NCBI GenBank assembly: GCA_963789955.1
Contig: CAWBMV010000015.1
Span: forward strand, 192,001 to 256,000
Reading direction: 5' to 3'
DNA length: 64,000 bases
DNA from: an uncultured Candidatus Rokubacteria bacterium
Lineage (GTDB): Bacteria > Methylomirabilota > Methylomirabilia > Rokubacteriales > CSP1-6
This document shows positions 9,015 through 18,912 of this stretch, one piece after another (position 1 is the stretch's first letter; the number at the start of each line of letters is the position of its first letter). The position numbers and the translations under genes were made by a program. The notes under the pieces are model-generated. The model searched no databases. It was not told where the DNA came from and was given only the letters and a program-made list of their open reading frames with translations.

Positions 9015-9539
9015 CTAGCCCGTTGCCGCCTGCGCGGACGGCTCACTGGCGACGCGTGTCAGCGGCCGCTTGATGCCCGCGCGATTGACCCAGTACGAGC
9101 AGACCTGGGCGTGCGCGGTGACCACCGTGGTGAGATCGCTCCCGCAGAGCGGGCAGGGGAACATGCCGGGCTCCGAGCGCGAGATCCAGCCGAGCCGGTA
9201 CGTGTTCTGGCATCTCTGGCAGGGAACGATGTGCTGGCTGCAGCACAGGAACAGGATCGCCTTCGAGTCCGGATCGTCGAAATCGACCTTCGCCGTGGTG
9301 CGGGGAACCGCGATCCACCGATCGACCTTCAGCTCCGCGTCTCCGTCGAGCCGGGTTCGTCGATCGCCACGGCGCCGATCGGGACGGTAGGCACCGTCCG
9401 TCGCGCGCCGGTCCTTGATCCGGCGGTCGACGATCACCTCGACCGTCGCGTCATCCGCGAACGTGTGGCTCAGCGACCGACACGCATCCTCTCCACTTCT
9501 CGGGACCACGATCAGGATCGAGCGCCCACCGTCGTGCAT
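9015..9539 (-). CDS. DRR-motif domain fused to a Cys/His-rich putative two-zinc domain
   Basis: VEVIVDRRIKDRR...DRRRGDRR followed by CCSQH, CQRC, CPLC, HAQVC; AAGGAG RBS before ATG9539. Confidence 0.7.
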   Translation of the reverse strand: MHDGGRSILIVVPRSGEDACRSLSHTFADDATVEVIVDRRIKDRRATDGAYRPDRRRGDRRTRLDGDAELKVDRWIAVPRTTAKVDFDDPDSKAILFLCCSQHIVPCQRCQNTYRLGWISRSEPGMFPCPLCGSDLTTVVTAHAQVCSYWVNRAGIKRPLTRVASEPSAQAATG

Positions 9540-9610
9540 GGCCTGACTCTCCTTAGGTGAGCACAAAGCTTACTCCGAAGGCGTCGGGAAACCAGCAAGA
9601 ACTATTGGCA

Positions 9611-9628
9611 GTTTTTACGAATAAAAAC
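9611..9628. promoter_or_regulatory. AT-rich palindrome GTTTTTA-CGAA-TAAAAAC upstream of the 9539 gene
   Basis: Perfect 7-bp inverted repeat, flanked by TGGCA/TGCCA. Confidence 0.4.
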
Positions 9629-9678
9629 GAGGGGTTGCCAGGTTGTCGCGTGCGGCTCGGGCGAGAGCTGCGACGAGA

Positions 9679-10068
9679 CTATCTCGCCCAGGCGCGATAG
9701 ACCGTGCCGACCGCCGCGCGGAGCGCGGTGCGGACCGCATCGTTGTCCGCCTGCGGCTCGCCGAGTAGCACGATGAAACCCACGGGAGTGCTTCCGAGAA
9801 ATGCGGTGCCGCTCACGCTGGCGAACTGCGCCATCGGAAACGTGCCGCGTCGAAGCTGGGGACCGCGCAGCTCGAGCTCGCGTCCGAGCGTCGCGGCGAG
9901 CGCGGACAGCGGCTCCGCCTCGACTTCGCGCGGAAGATCGGCGGCGATCACGAGGCCGTCGGGCGCGACGACGAGTCCTCCCGTGATGTGCTCGAGCTTC
10001 ATGAGCTCCGCGAGCAGCGCGCGAAGGTCGCGTCCGAGCGCCGGGCGCGCGGCGACGGCGGTGCTCAC
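9679..10068 (-). CDS. Stand-alone roadblock/LC7 (MglB/MglC-like) protein
   Basis: LAELMKLEHITGGLVVAPDGLVIAADLP...LSALAA roadblock signature; GTGA overlap with the upstream gene. Confidence 0.85.
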   Translation of the reverse strand: MSTAVAARPALGRDLRALLAELMKLEHITGGLVVAPDGLVIAADLPREVEAEPLSALAATLGRELELRGPQLRRGTFPMAQFASVSGTAFLGSTPVGFIVLLGEPQADNDAVRTALRAAVGTVYRAWAR

Positions 10069-10942
10069 GCGAGCTCCGAGCGGCAGCTGCCCCACACACG
10101 CTCCAGGTGGGAGACCGCGGTCGCGGCCGTCACGTCGCGATCGAACGCCAAGGTGAGCAGCGCCGCGTCATCGGTGCGGAGGTACGTCGTCTCCGCGGCG
10201 CCCTCGATCACCGCGTGGCGCAGCGGACCGAATCCGGCTCGCGCGAGTACCGCGGTCGCGATGCGCGCGAGCTTCACCGCGCGGGCGGCGACCGCTTCGG
10301 TCCGAGGTCCGCGCGGCTCGGCGAAGACGAGGGTCGCGTCCGGTCGCATGAACAGTGCTTCGCGGCTTTCGGTCGGCAGCTGCAGACGATCGGCGGGTGT
10401 CGCAGCCTTCGCCGCCGGCGCCTGCGTCGCGGCCGGTGTCGTTGGCCGTCGTCACCGCCGGGATCCTCGCCGGTGTCGCGATCGGTATCGCCGCCGGCAC
10501 GACCACCGGTGTCGCCGCGCGCTTGGGGTCGGCGCTCGGCGCCAGATCTCGCGTGACATCCAGGAGGGCGCGTGCCTCGGGAAAGTCGGGATAGCGCGCC
10601 AGCGCTCGCGAAAGCAGGTCACGACAGGTCTTCGCCTCACCGTCCTCGAGCGCGAGGCGCGCAAGCCCCAGCAGGGCTCGGGGTTGAGTCGGCTCGAGCG
10701 CGAGAACTCGCTCGAACGATGTCCGCGCCTGGCCGCTTTCACGCAGGGTCATGTGGAGCGAGCCCGGCGAGCAGGTGGCCGACGACGCTGCCGGGCTCCC
10801 GGATCAACGCGTCCGCCACGAGCTCGGCCGCGTCCTCGAAGCGCCCTTCGTCCCGGAGGCGTTGCGCCTGTCGGAACATCTGGGCGCTCGTCGGCTGCCG
10901 CCGCCTGCCCCCGAGCCGGTGCCAGATCCGCGCGAAGACCAT
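10065..10942 (-). CDS. TPR-repeat protein with C-terminal degenerate roadblock-like domain; two frameshifts (about 10760 and 10400)
   Basis: GRFEDAAELVADALIREPGS, ARTSFERVLALEPTQPRALLGLA, LSRALARYPDFPEA TPR motifs; C-terminal LARAGFGPLRHAVIEG...LLTLAF; joined from ORFs 10739..10942, 10168..10752 and 10065..10349. Confidence 0.7.
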
Positions 10943-11050
10943 GACGCATTCTCAGACTTTCAAAATCTTCGCCACGTGGCTTTGACGCGCCTTCGCGCCT
11001 GCCCTGTCGCGTGCTTGACGAAGACGAGTCACCCTGGCACGACACGCCAT

Positions 11051-11085
11051 TGACAGAAGTTGTCATCGAAACGGACCAGTTGTCA
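11051..11085. promoter_or_regulatory. Candidate enhancer (bEBP) site: TGACA-N5-TGTCA palindrome plus direct repeat AGTTGTCA x2, 20 bp apart
   Basis: AGTTGTCA at 11058-11065 and 11078-11085; about 85-120 bp upstream of the sigma-54 site. Confidence 0.5.
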
Positions 11086-11168
11086 CGAAGGCCGGTTCGC
11101 GCGGGCGCCAAGTCGCCTTACTGCCGCGTTTGTTCGAGCGTAAAGCCGCGCCCCACCGACGCTCGCGC

Positions 11169-11184
11169 TGGCAGATGGGTTGCA
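11169..11184 (+). promoter_or_regulatory. Sigma-54 promoter TGGCAG-N5-TTGCA for the chemosensory/Mgl operon
   Basis: Near-consensus -24/-12 element with exact spacing, 55 bp before ATG11239, with a GGGAGG RBS in between. Confidence 0.7.
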
Positions 11185-11238
11185 CCGAGGCACATATGGC
11201 GGACACGCCGGCAGAACGCCACGGGAGGCCTGCGTCTG

Positions 11239-11601
11239 ATGCCCAAGGTGATGGTGGTCGACGACGCCTATTCGGAGCTTCAGGTCATGGAGACCATTCT
11301 CCGGTCGGCCGGGTACGACGTCCTGACCTACCTGGACGGAGACCAGCTGGAGGAGAAGATCGTCAAGGAGCGGCCCGACGTCGTGCTGCTCGACATCGTG
11401 ATGCCCAAGCGCAACGGCTTCGACGCGCTTCGCGGCGTACGCCGGGACGAGCGCACCAAGCAGGCGCGCGTGATCGTGGTGAGCTCGAAGAACCAGGACA
11501 GCGACCGCGTCTGGGGCATGCGGCAAGGCGCGGACGAGTACCTCGCGAAACCCTTCACTCCCGATCAGCTGCTGGCGCTCGTCCGGCGGTTCCTCCGATG
11601 A
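11239..11601 (+). CDS. Single-domain response regulator, PilH/CheY-like
   Basis: VMVVDD, PDVVLLDIVMP, VSSKNQDSDRVWGMRQGADEYLAKPF (PilH-type signature). Confidence 0.9.
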   Translation: MPKVMVVDDAYSELQVMETILRSAGYDVLTYLDGDQLEEKIVKERPDVVLLDIVMPKRNGFDALRGVRRDERTKQARVIVVSSKNQDSDRVWGMRQGADEYLAKPFTPDQLLALVRRFLR

Positions 11602-12062
11602 CGACGAGCCTGCTCGACCCCGCGGCGGTCCGGGCGTGCGTGTTCGCGCTCGCCGGTCAGCCGTTCGCGATCGACGTCACCCAGGTGCGGGAGGTGGCGA
11701 TCTTCGAGGAGTGGACCACGGTGCCGCTGGCGCCGCCGCATCTCGTGGGTGTCGCCAATCTACGCGGCGACGTCGTGCCGATCGCGGACGCCCGGGCCGT
11801 GCTCGGGCTTGCGGCGCGCCGGGGCGCGCGCAAGGTGTCGACCTTGATCGTGGAGGCCGAGGGATTCGAGGTGGCGCTCGTCATCGACGGCGACGTCAGC
11901 CTCGAGGCCTTCGGCGGCATCGTGACCCTCGACGAGTCGAGCCCGCAGCCGCACGCGCGGTGGGCGCTCGGCTTCTTGCCGGATGGCGAGCGGCTCGTCC
12001 CGCTGCTCGATCCGGGTCGGCTTCTGCGCGCGCTGAGAGAAGCGCAGCGGGAGGAGGAATGA
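11598..12062 (+). CDS. cheW: CheW-family coupling protein (PilI-like)
   Basis: FAIDVTQVREV...TTVPLAPPHLVGVANLRGDVVPI; ATGA overlap with the REC gene. Confidence 0.9.
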   Translation: MTTSLLDPAAVRACVFALAGQPFAIDVTQVREVAIFEEWTTVPLAPPHLVGVANLRGDVVPIADARAVLGLAARRGARKVSTLIVEAEGFEVALVIDGDVSLEAFGGIVTLDESSPQPHARWALGFLPDGERLVPLLDPGRLLRALREAQREEE

Positions 12063-12079
12063 ATGACGAGGAGGGCGGC

Positions 12080-13385
12080 ATGACGATGAAGCGGCGGACG
12101 GTGCTCAAGGTGCTCTCCGGGGCCGTGGCGGGCAGGCGTTCTCGGCCGGAACCAGCGAGCCTGGGGCCAGACGCCCGTCTCCAAGGTCGTCGATCTGCGC
12201 GGCACGCCCGGGGTGAGCGCCCGGGACATCAAGATCGGGATGAGCGCCGCGTTCAAGGGCTCCTCGGCCGGCCTCGGCATCGAGCTCTACCGCGGCGCGC
12301 TGGCCTACTACTCCGAGGTCAACCAGCGCGGCGGCATCCACGGCCGCTCGATCTCGGTCGTGGCGCTCGACGACGGCTACGAGCCGACGCCGTGCATCAA
12401 GAACACGATCGACCTCGTCGAGCGCGAGCAGGTGTTCTTCCTCTCGAACTACGTCGGCACGCCGACCCTCACGCGCGCCCTGCCGGTGATCAAGCGCTAC
12501 GCCGACCGCCAGGTGATCCTCGTCGGCAACTTTACCGGCGCTCAGCCGCAGCGCGAAGAGCCCTACCTCGACCAGGTGTTCAACATCCGCGCCTCCTACC
12601 GCCAGGAAATGATGGCGCTGGTCGAGCGGCTCTGGCAGACGGGTGTCCGCAAGTTCGGCGTCTACTATCAGATCGACGCCTACGGGCGCAGCGGCACCGA
12701 CGGCGTCGCGCGCGGCCTCGCGCAGCGCGGGGCGCGCATCGCCGCCGAGGCCACCTACGTCCGCGGCGCCACGTTCGAGGATGACATGACTCCGGCCGTG
12801 CAGGCCCTCCGGCAGGCCGGCGTCGAGGCGGTCCTGTGCACGGGCGCCTATCAGGGCTGCGGCGCGTTCATCCGGACGGCGCGCGATCACGGTTGGGCCG
12901 TACCCATCTCGAACGTATCGTTCGTCGGCTCCGAGGCGATGCTGAGCCTTCTCATGCGCCACGGGCAAGCGAGCGGGCGTGACTACACGCAGGCGCTCGT
13001 CAACTCGCAGGTGGTGCCGAGCTACGACGACGTGAGCCTGCCCGGCGTCGTGGAGTACCGCACGCTGATGGAGAAGCACAACCCGCAGGTGCCGGACGCG
13101 CTGCGCGACGCCAAGCAGGCGCCCGAGCAGCTGAGCTTCCGAAGCCTCGAGGGCTTCGTCAACGCCCGCGTGATCGTCGAGGGCCTGCGCCGCACCGGGC
13201 CGAACCCGACGCGCACGGCCTTTCGGCAGGCGCTGGAAACGCTCAAGAACTTCGACCTCGGTATCGGAGCGCCTCTCACGTTCGGACCGGAACGACATCA
13301 GGGACTCGACAACGTGTACTTCACCAGAGTGGTGAACGGTCGATGGGCCCCCATTACAGACTGGGCGGCGGCGGTGAAAGCATGA
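12080..13385 (+). CDS. Periplasmic binding protein (Leu/Ile/Val-binding type 1 fold) with twin-arginine signal; frameshift near 12135
   Basis: [11 protein letters not shown]at-like leader; [11 protein letters not shown]...[19 protein letters not shown]...VGTPT...FNIRASY. Confidence 0.85.
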
Positions 13386-15154
13386 GCAAGCGAACCGTTC
13401 GACTCGGCCTGCTCGGAAAGATCATCCTGTTCCTGACGGTGACCCTCGTGCCGCTGGCGGCGATCACCTGGTGGATCTCGATCCGCGCCTTGACCACGAA
13501 CCTGACGGACGAGTTCACCTCGAAGGGGACCGCGATCGCCAAGAGCCTAGCGAGCTCGGGCGTCGATCTGCTGCTGACGCGCGATGCGTCGACGGTGCAG
13601 GCGATCGTCGACCAGTTCGCCGCCATCAACGGCGTCAAGTACGTCATCGTGTACGACCCGCAGAAGACGCTCGTGGCCCACACCTTCTCGCCGCTGGTGC
13701 CGGCCGGCATCGTCGAGCGAAACCTGGTGCCGGGCGAGGTGGCGCAACAGGTTCGGGACGTCGCGTACGCCGATCCGGTCACCGGTGTCGTCCAGCAGAT
13801 CATCGACATCGGCGTGCCGGTGCTGGCGGGCCAGCTCGGAACGGTGCGCGTGGGGATGGACCGCTCGATCATCACCGCGGCGGCCGCCAGGTCCGGCCAG
13901 AACCTGCTGCTCGTATTCGGCGGCGTCGCGCTGCTGGCGGTCCTCGCCGGCGCGGTCTTCGCCCACCAGATCACCAAGCCGGTCATCCAGGTCGTCAAGG
14001 TCGCCGAGCGAGTCGGACAGGGCGACCTCTCGAGGCTGGTCACCGTGAAGTCGCACGACGAGATCGGGCAGCTCGCCGCCACGTTCAACGACACCGTGGT
14101 GCGCCTGCGTGCCCTGGTCCAGACCGAGACGGAGCGCGACGAAGAGAAGCGCAAGCGTGAGGAGCTGCAGCGCAACATCACGCGCTTCCTCGACACCGCC
14201 ACCGAGATCGCGCAGGGCGACCTGACCAAGCGCGGTCAGGTGACGTCCGACGTGCTCGGCAGCGTGGTCGACGCGATCAACGTGATGGTCGGCGAGCTGG
14301 CGACCATCATCAACGACGTGCGCGACACCGCGCAGCAGGTCCTGACGAGCGCGACCGAGATGATCGGCGCCATGGAGTCGACGGCCGGCGGCGCCCAGAC
14401 GCAGTCGCGTGAAGCGGTGGGCGTGAGCGACGCCATGGAAGGCCTGAGCCGCTCGATGCGGCGGGTCGCCGAGAACGCGGAAGCCTCCGCGGCGGCCGCG
14501 AAGCTGACGCTCGACTCCGCCACCAAGGGCGAGCACGCGGTGCGCGCCAGCCTCGCCGGCATGCAGCGCATCCGGGGCGAGGTGCAGGGCATCTCGAAGA
14601 AGGTCAAGAGCCTGGCCGATCGCTCGCTCGAAATCTCCGAGATCGTGAACACGATCGAGGACATCGCCTCGCAGACGAATCTGTTGGCGCTCAACGCCGC
14701 CATCGAGGCGGCGGGCGCCGGCGAGTCCGGCCTGCGGTTCGCGGTCGTCGCCGAAGAGGTTCGCAAGCTGGCCGAACGCTCCGGCAAGGCGGCCAAGGAC
14801 ATCGTCGTGCTGATCAAGTCGGTGCAGGCCGAGACGCAGCAGGCGGTCGTCGCGATGGAAGAGGGTACCCGTGAAGTCGAAGCCGGCTTCAAGGTCACGG
14901 TCGAGGCCGGCGAGCGCCTGCATCAGATCGGCGAGATCTCCCAGAAGTCCGCCGCGCTGGCCATCGAGATCTCGGAGGCGACGCAGGACCAGGTGCGAGG
15001 CGTCGAGGGCGGCGCGGTCGCGGTCCAGTCGATCGCGGGCGTGGCGGTCGAGACCGAGAAGGCGGTTCTCGAGACGCGCAAGACGATGGACCAGATGGTC
15101 CGGGTGGCCGAGGCGCTCACGGCGAGCCTCGCGCGCTTCAAGCTGGCCACCTAG
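13382..15154 (+). CDS. Methyl-accepting chemotaxis protein (2 TM, periplasmic sensor, HAMPs; PilJ-like)
   Basis: [40 protein letters not shown] signalling hairpin; [16 protein letters not shown] overlap with the binding-protein gene. Confidence 0.95.
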   Translation: MSKRTVRLGLLGKIILFLTVTLVPLAAITWWISIRALTTNLTDEFTSKGTAIAKSLASSGVDLLLTRDASTVQAIVDQFAAINGVKYVIVYDPQKTLVAHTFSPLVPAGIVERNLVPGEVAQQVRDVAYADPVTGVVQQIIDIGVPVLAGQLGTVRVGMDRSIITAAAARSGQNLLLVFGGVALLAVLAGAVFAHQITKPVIQVVKVAERVGQGDLSRLVTVKSHDEIGQLAATFNDTVVRLRALVQTETERDEEKRKREELQRNITRFLDTATEIAQGDLTKRGQVTSDVLGSVVDAINVMVGELATIINDVRDTAQQVLTSATEMIGAMESTAGGAQTQSREAVGVSDAMEGLSRSMRRVAENAEASAAAAKLTLDSATKGEHAVRASLAGMQRIRGEVQGISKKVKSLADRSLEISEIVNTIEDIASQTNLLALNAAIEAAGAGESGLRFAVVAEEVRKLAERSGKAAKDIVVLIKSVQAETQQAVVAMEEGTREVEAGFKVTVEAGERLHQIGEISQKSAALAIEISEATQDQVRGVEGGAVAVQSIAGVAVETEKAVLETRKTMDQMVRVAEALTASLARFKLAT

Positions 15155-15181
15155 GCGCTCGATCGACTGGAGGCGGGTTGC

Positions 15182-18104
15182 GTGGCTGACGGCGATCGGC
15201 AGTTTCTCCTGAGTGTCTTCCTGATGGAGGCGTGGGATACCCTCGCCGCCGTCGAGGAGGGCCTCGCCACGCTCCGCACTACGTCGGATCCGACCGCGGT
15301 GGTCGAGCATCTGGCGGTCGTGACCCACCGGCTCCGTGGCTCGGCGGCTCTCAGCGGATTTCCACAGGTCGCGGGCCTGGCCACCGCCATGGAGGAGGCG
15401 GTCGAGCGAGTGGCCGCCACGCCCGCGGACGGCGACCGCCGCTCGCTGGGGGCGCTCGCCGACATGGTGTTCTGGCTCAAGACGGCGCTCGACGTCATCG
15501 GCGAGACGGGTGTCGAGGACGCCGAGGCCATCGCGGAATCGCTCGCGGGTCTGGCCACGTCGACGCCGCGCGTGCCGCGTGACGAAACGTCGCGGCGGCT
15601 CGCCGAGCTCGACCGGTTCTTTACCGACCAGGCGGACGTCCTCGAATACTTCGTCCCGGAGGCCATCGAGCACCTCGAAGCGATGGCGCAGTCGCTGATC
15701 GCGCTGGAAGGCGAGGGCTCGACCGAATCGGAGATCGCCGGGCTGTTCCGCGCGGTCCACACGCTCAAGGGCGCCGCCTACACCGTCGGCTGCGGAATGA
15801 TCGGCGACCTCGCCCACCGGGTCGAAGACATGCTCGGCGAGGTTCGTGAGCGCCAGCGCCCGCTCGATCGCGCCGCGATCGAGACCGTGTTCGCCGGCCT
15901 CGATGCGCTGCGGCTTCTCGTGCGAAGCGGTGAGGATCGCGCCGATACGCGCGCCGCCGCCTACGAGCACGCGATGGCGCTGCTCGACGCCTTGCCGGCC
16001 ATCGGCGCGCCGAGCGCGCAGATGGCGCCGCAGCAGAGCGTCGAGGCGGCCGTCGCACAGATCGCCGCCGCCACGGCGGACGCCGTCGCGCCGAGCCAGC
16101 CGGCGGTGGCGGAGACTCCCCAGCGCCTGGATCCAGTCGTCGCTGCCGAACGCCTCGCCGGCGCGACCGAGCGCGTCGAACCGGCTACGCGCGGTCCGGA
16201 GCGCCGGTCTTCTCGCGACGCCGCCGCCCGCAGGGTGCGCCCGAGCATCCGCGTCAGCCTCGATCGGCTCGACGCGCTGATGAATCTCGTCGGCGAGCTG
16301 GTGATCACGCGAAGTCGTCTCGAGCGTCATCTGGGTCAGCTCGAGCAGGCCGGTGAGCTCCTGTCGTTTACCCAGTCACGCATGACCCAGACCGTCGCCG
16401 AGTTCGAGTCGAAGTACGCCGACCGGATGGTGCCGCCGGTCCGGCCCCAGGGCGGCGGCTCGCTCGAGCCGGGGGTCTCTCCGCTGGGAGAGTTCTTCGA
16501 CGAGCTCGAGTTCGACCGCTACGACGATTTCAATCTGCTGGCCCGACGCGTCGGCGAGATCTCGAGCGACCTCACGGAGATCCAGCACGAGCTGACCGGG
16601 CTGGTGCGAGTCGTCCGCGAGGACGCCGGCGGCGTGCAGCGGCTCAGCGGCGAGCTGCGCGGCCAGATCACGCGCGCCCGCATGGTGCCCGTCGGCCGTC
16701 TGTTCGCGCCGTTCGTGCGGATGGTCCGGGACGGCTCGCGGGCGGCCGGCAAGAGCGTCGTGCTCGAGGTCCGGGGTGAGACCGTCGAGCTGGACACCAC
16801 GATCGTCGAGCTGATGGCCGATCCGCTGATCCACCTCGTCCGGAACGCCATCGCCCACGGCATCGAGCCGGAAGAGGTGCGCCGCCGCGAGGGCAAGGCG
16901 CCGCAGGGCACGATCCATCTGGGCGCCGCGCACAAGGGCGGCTCGATCTACATCGAGGTGGCCGACGACGGTCGCGGCATCGACGTGGAAGCGGTCGGTG
17001 AGGCGGCGCGGCGTGGCGGATTCGTCACGGCGGAGACGCTCGCGCGTCTCGGCGAGCGCGACATCCTCGATCTGATCTTCCTCCCCGGCCTGACGACCGC
17101 GAGCTCGGTGACGACGGCCGCGGGCCGTGGCGTCGGCATGGACGTCGTGCGCACGAACATCAGCCGTCTCGGCGGCGAGATCGAGGTCCAGACCGAGGCG
17201 GGCCGTGGGACGCGCTTCCGGATTCGGCTGCCGCTGACCGTCGCCATCTCCGATGCGCTCATGGTGAACGTCGGCGCCCAGACCCTGGCGATCCCCGTGC
17301 CGTCCGTGAAGGGCGCGATCAACCTGCGAGCCCGAGGACGTCCGCACCGTCGACGGCGTGGAGTCGGTCGAGATCGAGGGCGAGAGCGTCGACCTCGTGC
17401 GCCTCGACCGCGTGCTGCAGATGCCGGCGCGCGCCGCGGGCGGCTCGCTGTCGATCGTCACGCTGAGAACCGGGCGCAAGACCCTGGCGGTGGTCGTGGA
17501 CGAGTTCCTGAACAAGGAAGAGATCGTCATCAAGAACCTCGGCGCATTCCTCCAGGGCATCGGACCCTTCTCGGGCGCGACCGTCACGGGACAGGGGCGC
17601 GTCATCTTGCTGCTCGACTCGATGAAGCTCCTCGAGATGAGCACCGCCGGGCCCTGGCCGCGCACGGCCGAGATCCGCCGCGAGCCCGAGGCGGTGGCGG
17701 CGCCGGCGTCCGACGCGAGGCGTCGCGTTCTGCTCGTCGACGACTCGGTCAGCGTGCGGAAATTCGTCGGCGGCATGCTCGAGCGCGCGGGCTTCCACGT
17801 CGTCGCGGCGCGAGACGGCGCCGAGGCGCTCCAGCAGCTGGCCGAGCAGTCGGTCGACGTCATCGTCACCGACCTGGAAATGCCGCGCCTCAACGGCTAC
17901 GAGCTGATCCGCGGCCTCAATCGCGAGCCGACCACGTGCGACCTGCCGGTGGTCGTCCTCACCACGCGCGCCGGCGCCAAGCACGTGAACCTCGCGCGCG
18001 AGCTGGGCGTGGAGCACTACGTCGCCAAGCCCGTCGACGAGGCGAGCTTCGTCCAGTTGATCGAGTCGCTCGCCGTCGCGGCGCCGGCGCGGGCGGGAGC
18101 CTGA
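15182..18104 (+). CDS. cheA: Hybrid CheA (ChpA/FrzE-like): 2 Hpt, dimerisation, HATPase, CheW, C-terminal REC; frameshift near 17325
   Basis: HRLRGSA and HTLKGAA Hpt motifs, RVSLDRLDALMNLVGELVI, HLVRNAIAHGIE, DDGRGID, GRGVGMDVV, VLLVDDSVSVRK...TDLEMP. Confidence 0.93.
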
Positions 18105-18111
18105 GGCGCCG

Positions 18112-18900
18112 ATGCCGCGCGTCATCCTGATCGACCCGGATCGTACGGCGCTCGCGGCGCTGCAGGCCGCGCTCGGACAGGCGGGCTTCAGTGATGTGCT
18201 CGCCGTGACCAGCGGCTCCTTCGCGCTCACGATGCTCGAGCGGAATCGGCCCGACCTCATCGTGAGCCGTGTGGGCGTGCCCGACATCGACGGCTACGAG
18301 CTGTGCTCGATCGTCCGCAAGGACCCCTTGATGACCGGCGTGCTGTTCCTCCTGCTGGCGAGTCCGGGTGACGAGGCGGCCGCGACCATGCTCGAGGACA
18401 AGCCGGATCAGACGCTCGCGGGCGACTTGCCGCTGACCGCGATCGTCTCCGAGGTGGCCACCCTGCTCGGACGCGGCAAGGCGGCGGCGCCGGTCCCGAC
18501 ACAGGAGCCGATCGCTCCGGCCGCGCAGCCCGACGGGGCTCACGGTCTGCGGGGGTCGCTGACCGTGATGGAGCTTCCGGACATCACCCAGGCGATCGCG
18601 CTCGGCGGCAAGACCGGCCAGCTCGTCGTGACTCTGTCGGCGGGGCGCGGCTCCGTGTTCTTCGATCGCGGCCGGGTCGTGCACTCGGAATTCTTCGGAC
18701 TCATCGGCGAGACGGCCTTCCAGGCGCTCCTGGTCGCCGCGCACGGTGAGGCGAACGGCAGCTTCGCGTTCAACCCGCTGGACGCGGCGGCGGCCAACGG
18801 CGTGAAGACGATCCACCGGGATCTGAAGCAGCTTCTACTGAGCGCCGCGGCTGGGATCGACGAGGGCCGCGCAGACGCGGCCGTGGCACCCATCGCCTAG
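18112..18900 (+). CDS. Pseudo-receiver + DUF4388 (PatA/PATAN-like) protein
   Basis: REC fold with LIDPD and PDLIVSR (phospho-Asp replaced by Arg); LRGSLTVMELPDITQAIALGGKTGQL...GRVVH...GSFAF DUF4388 pattern. Confidence 0.8.
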   Translation: MPRVILIDPDRTALAALQAALGQAGFSDVLAVTSGSFALTMLERNRPDLIVSRVGVPDIDGYELCSIVRKDPLMTGVLFLLLASPGDEAAATMLEDKPDQTLAGDLPLTAIVSEVATLLGRGKAAAPVPTQEPIAPAAQPDGAHGLRGSLTVMELPDITQAIALGGKTGQLVVTLSAGRGSVFFDRGRVVHSEFFGLIGETAFQALLVAAHGEANGSFAFNPLDAAAANGVKTIHRDLKQLLLSAAAGIDEGRADAAVAPIA

Positions 18901-18912
18901 GAGGGCGAGCTG

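Noticed and set aside
13547..17893. Long antisense ORFs (927 aa, 505 aa and similar ones elsewhere)
   Set aside because: Shadow frames of high-GC genes (MCP, CheA) with Arg/Ala-rich composition and no motifs.
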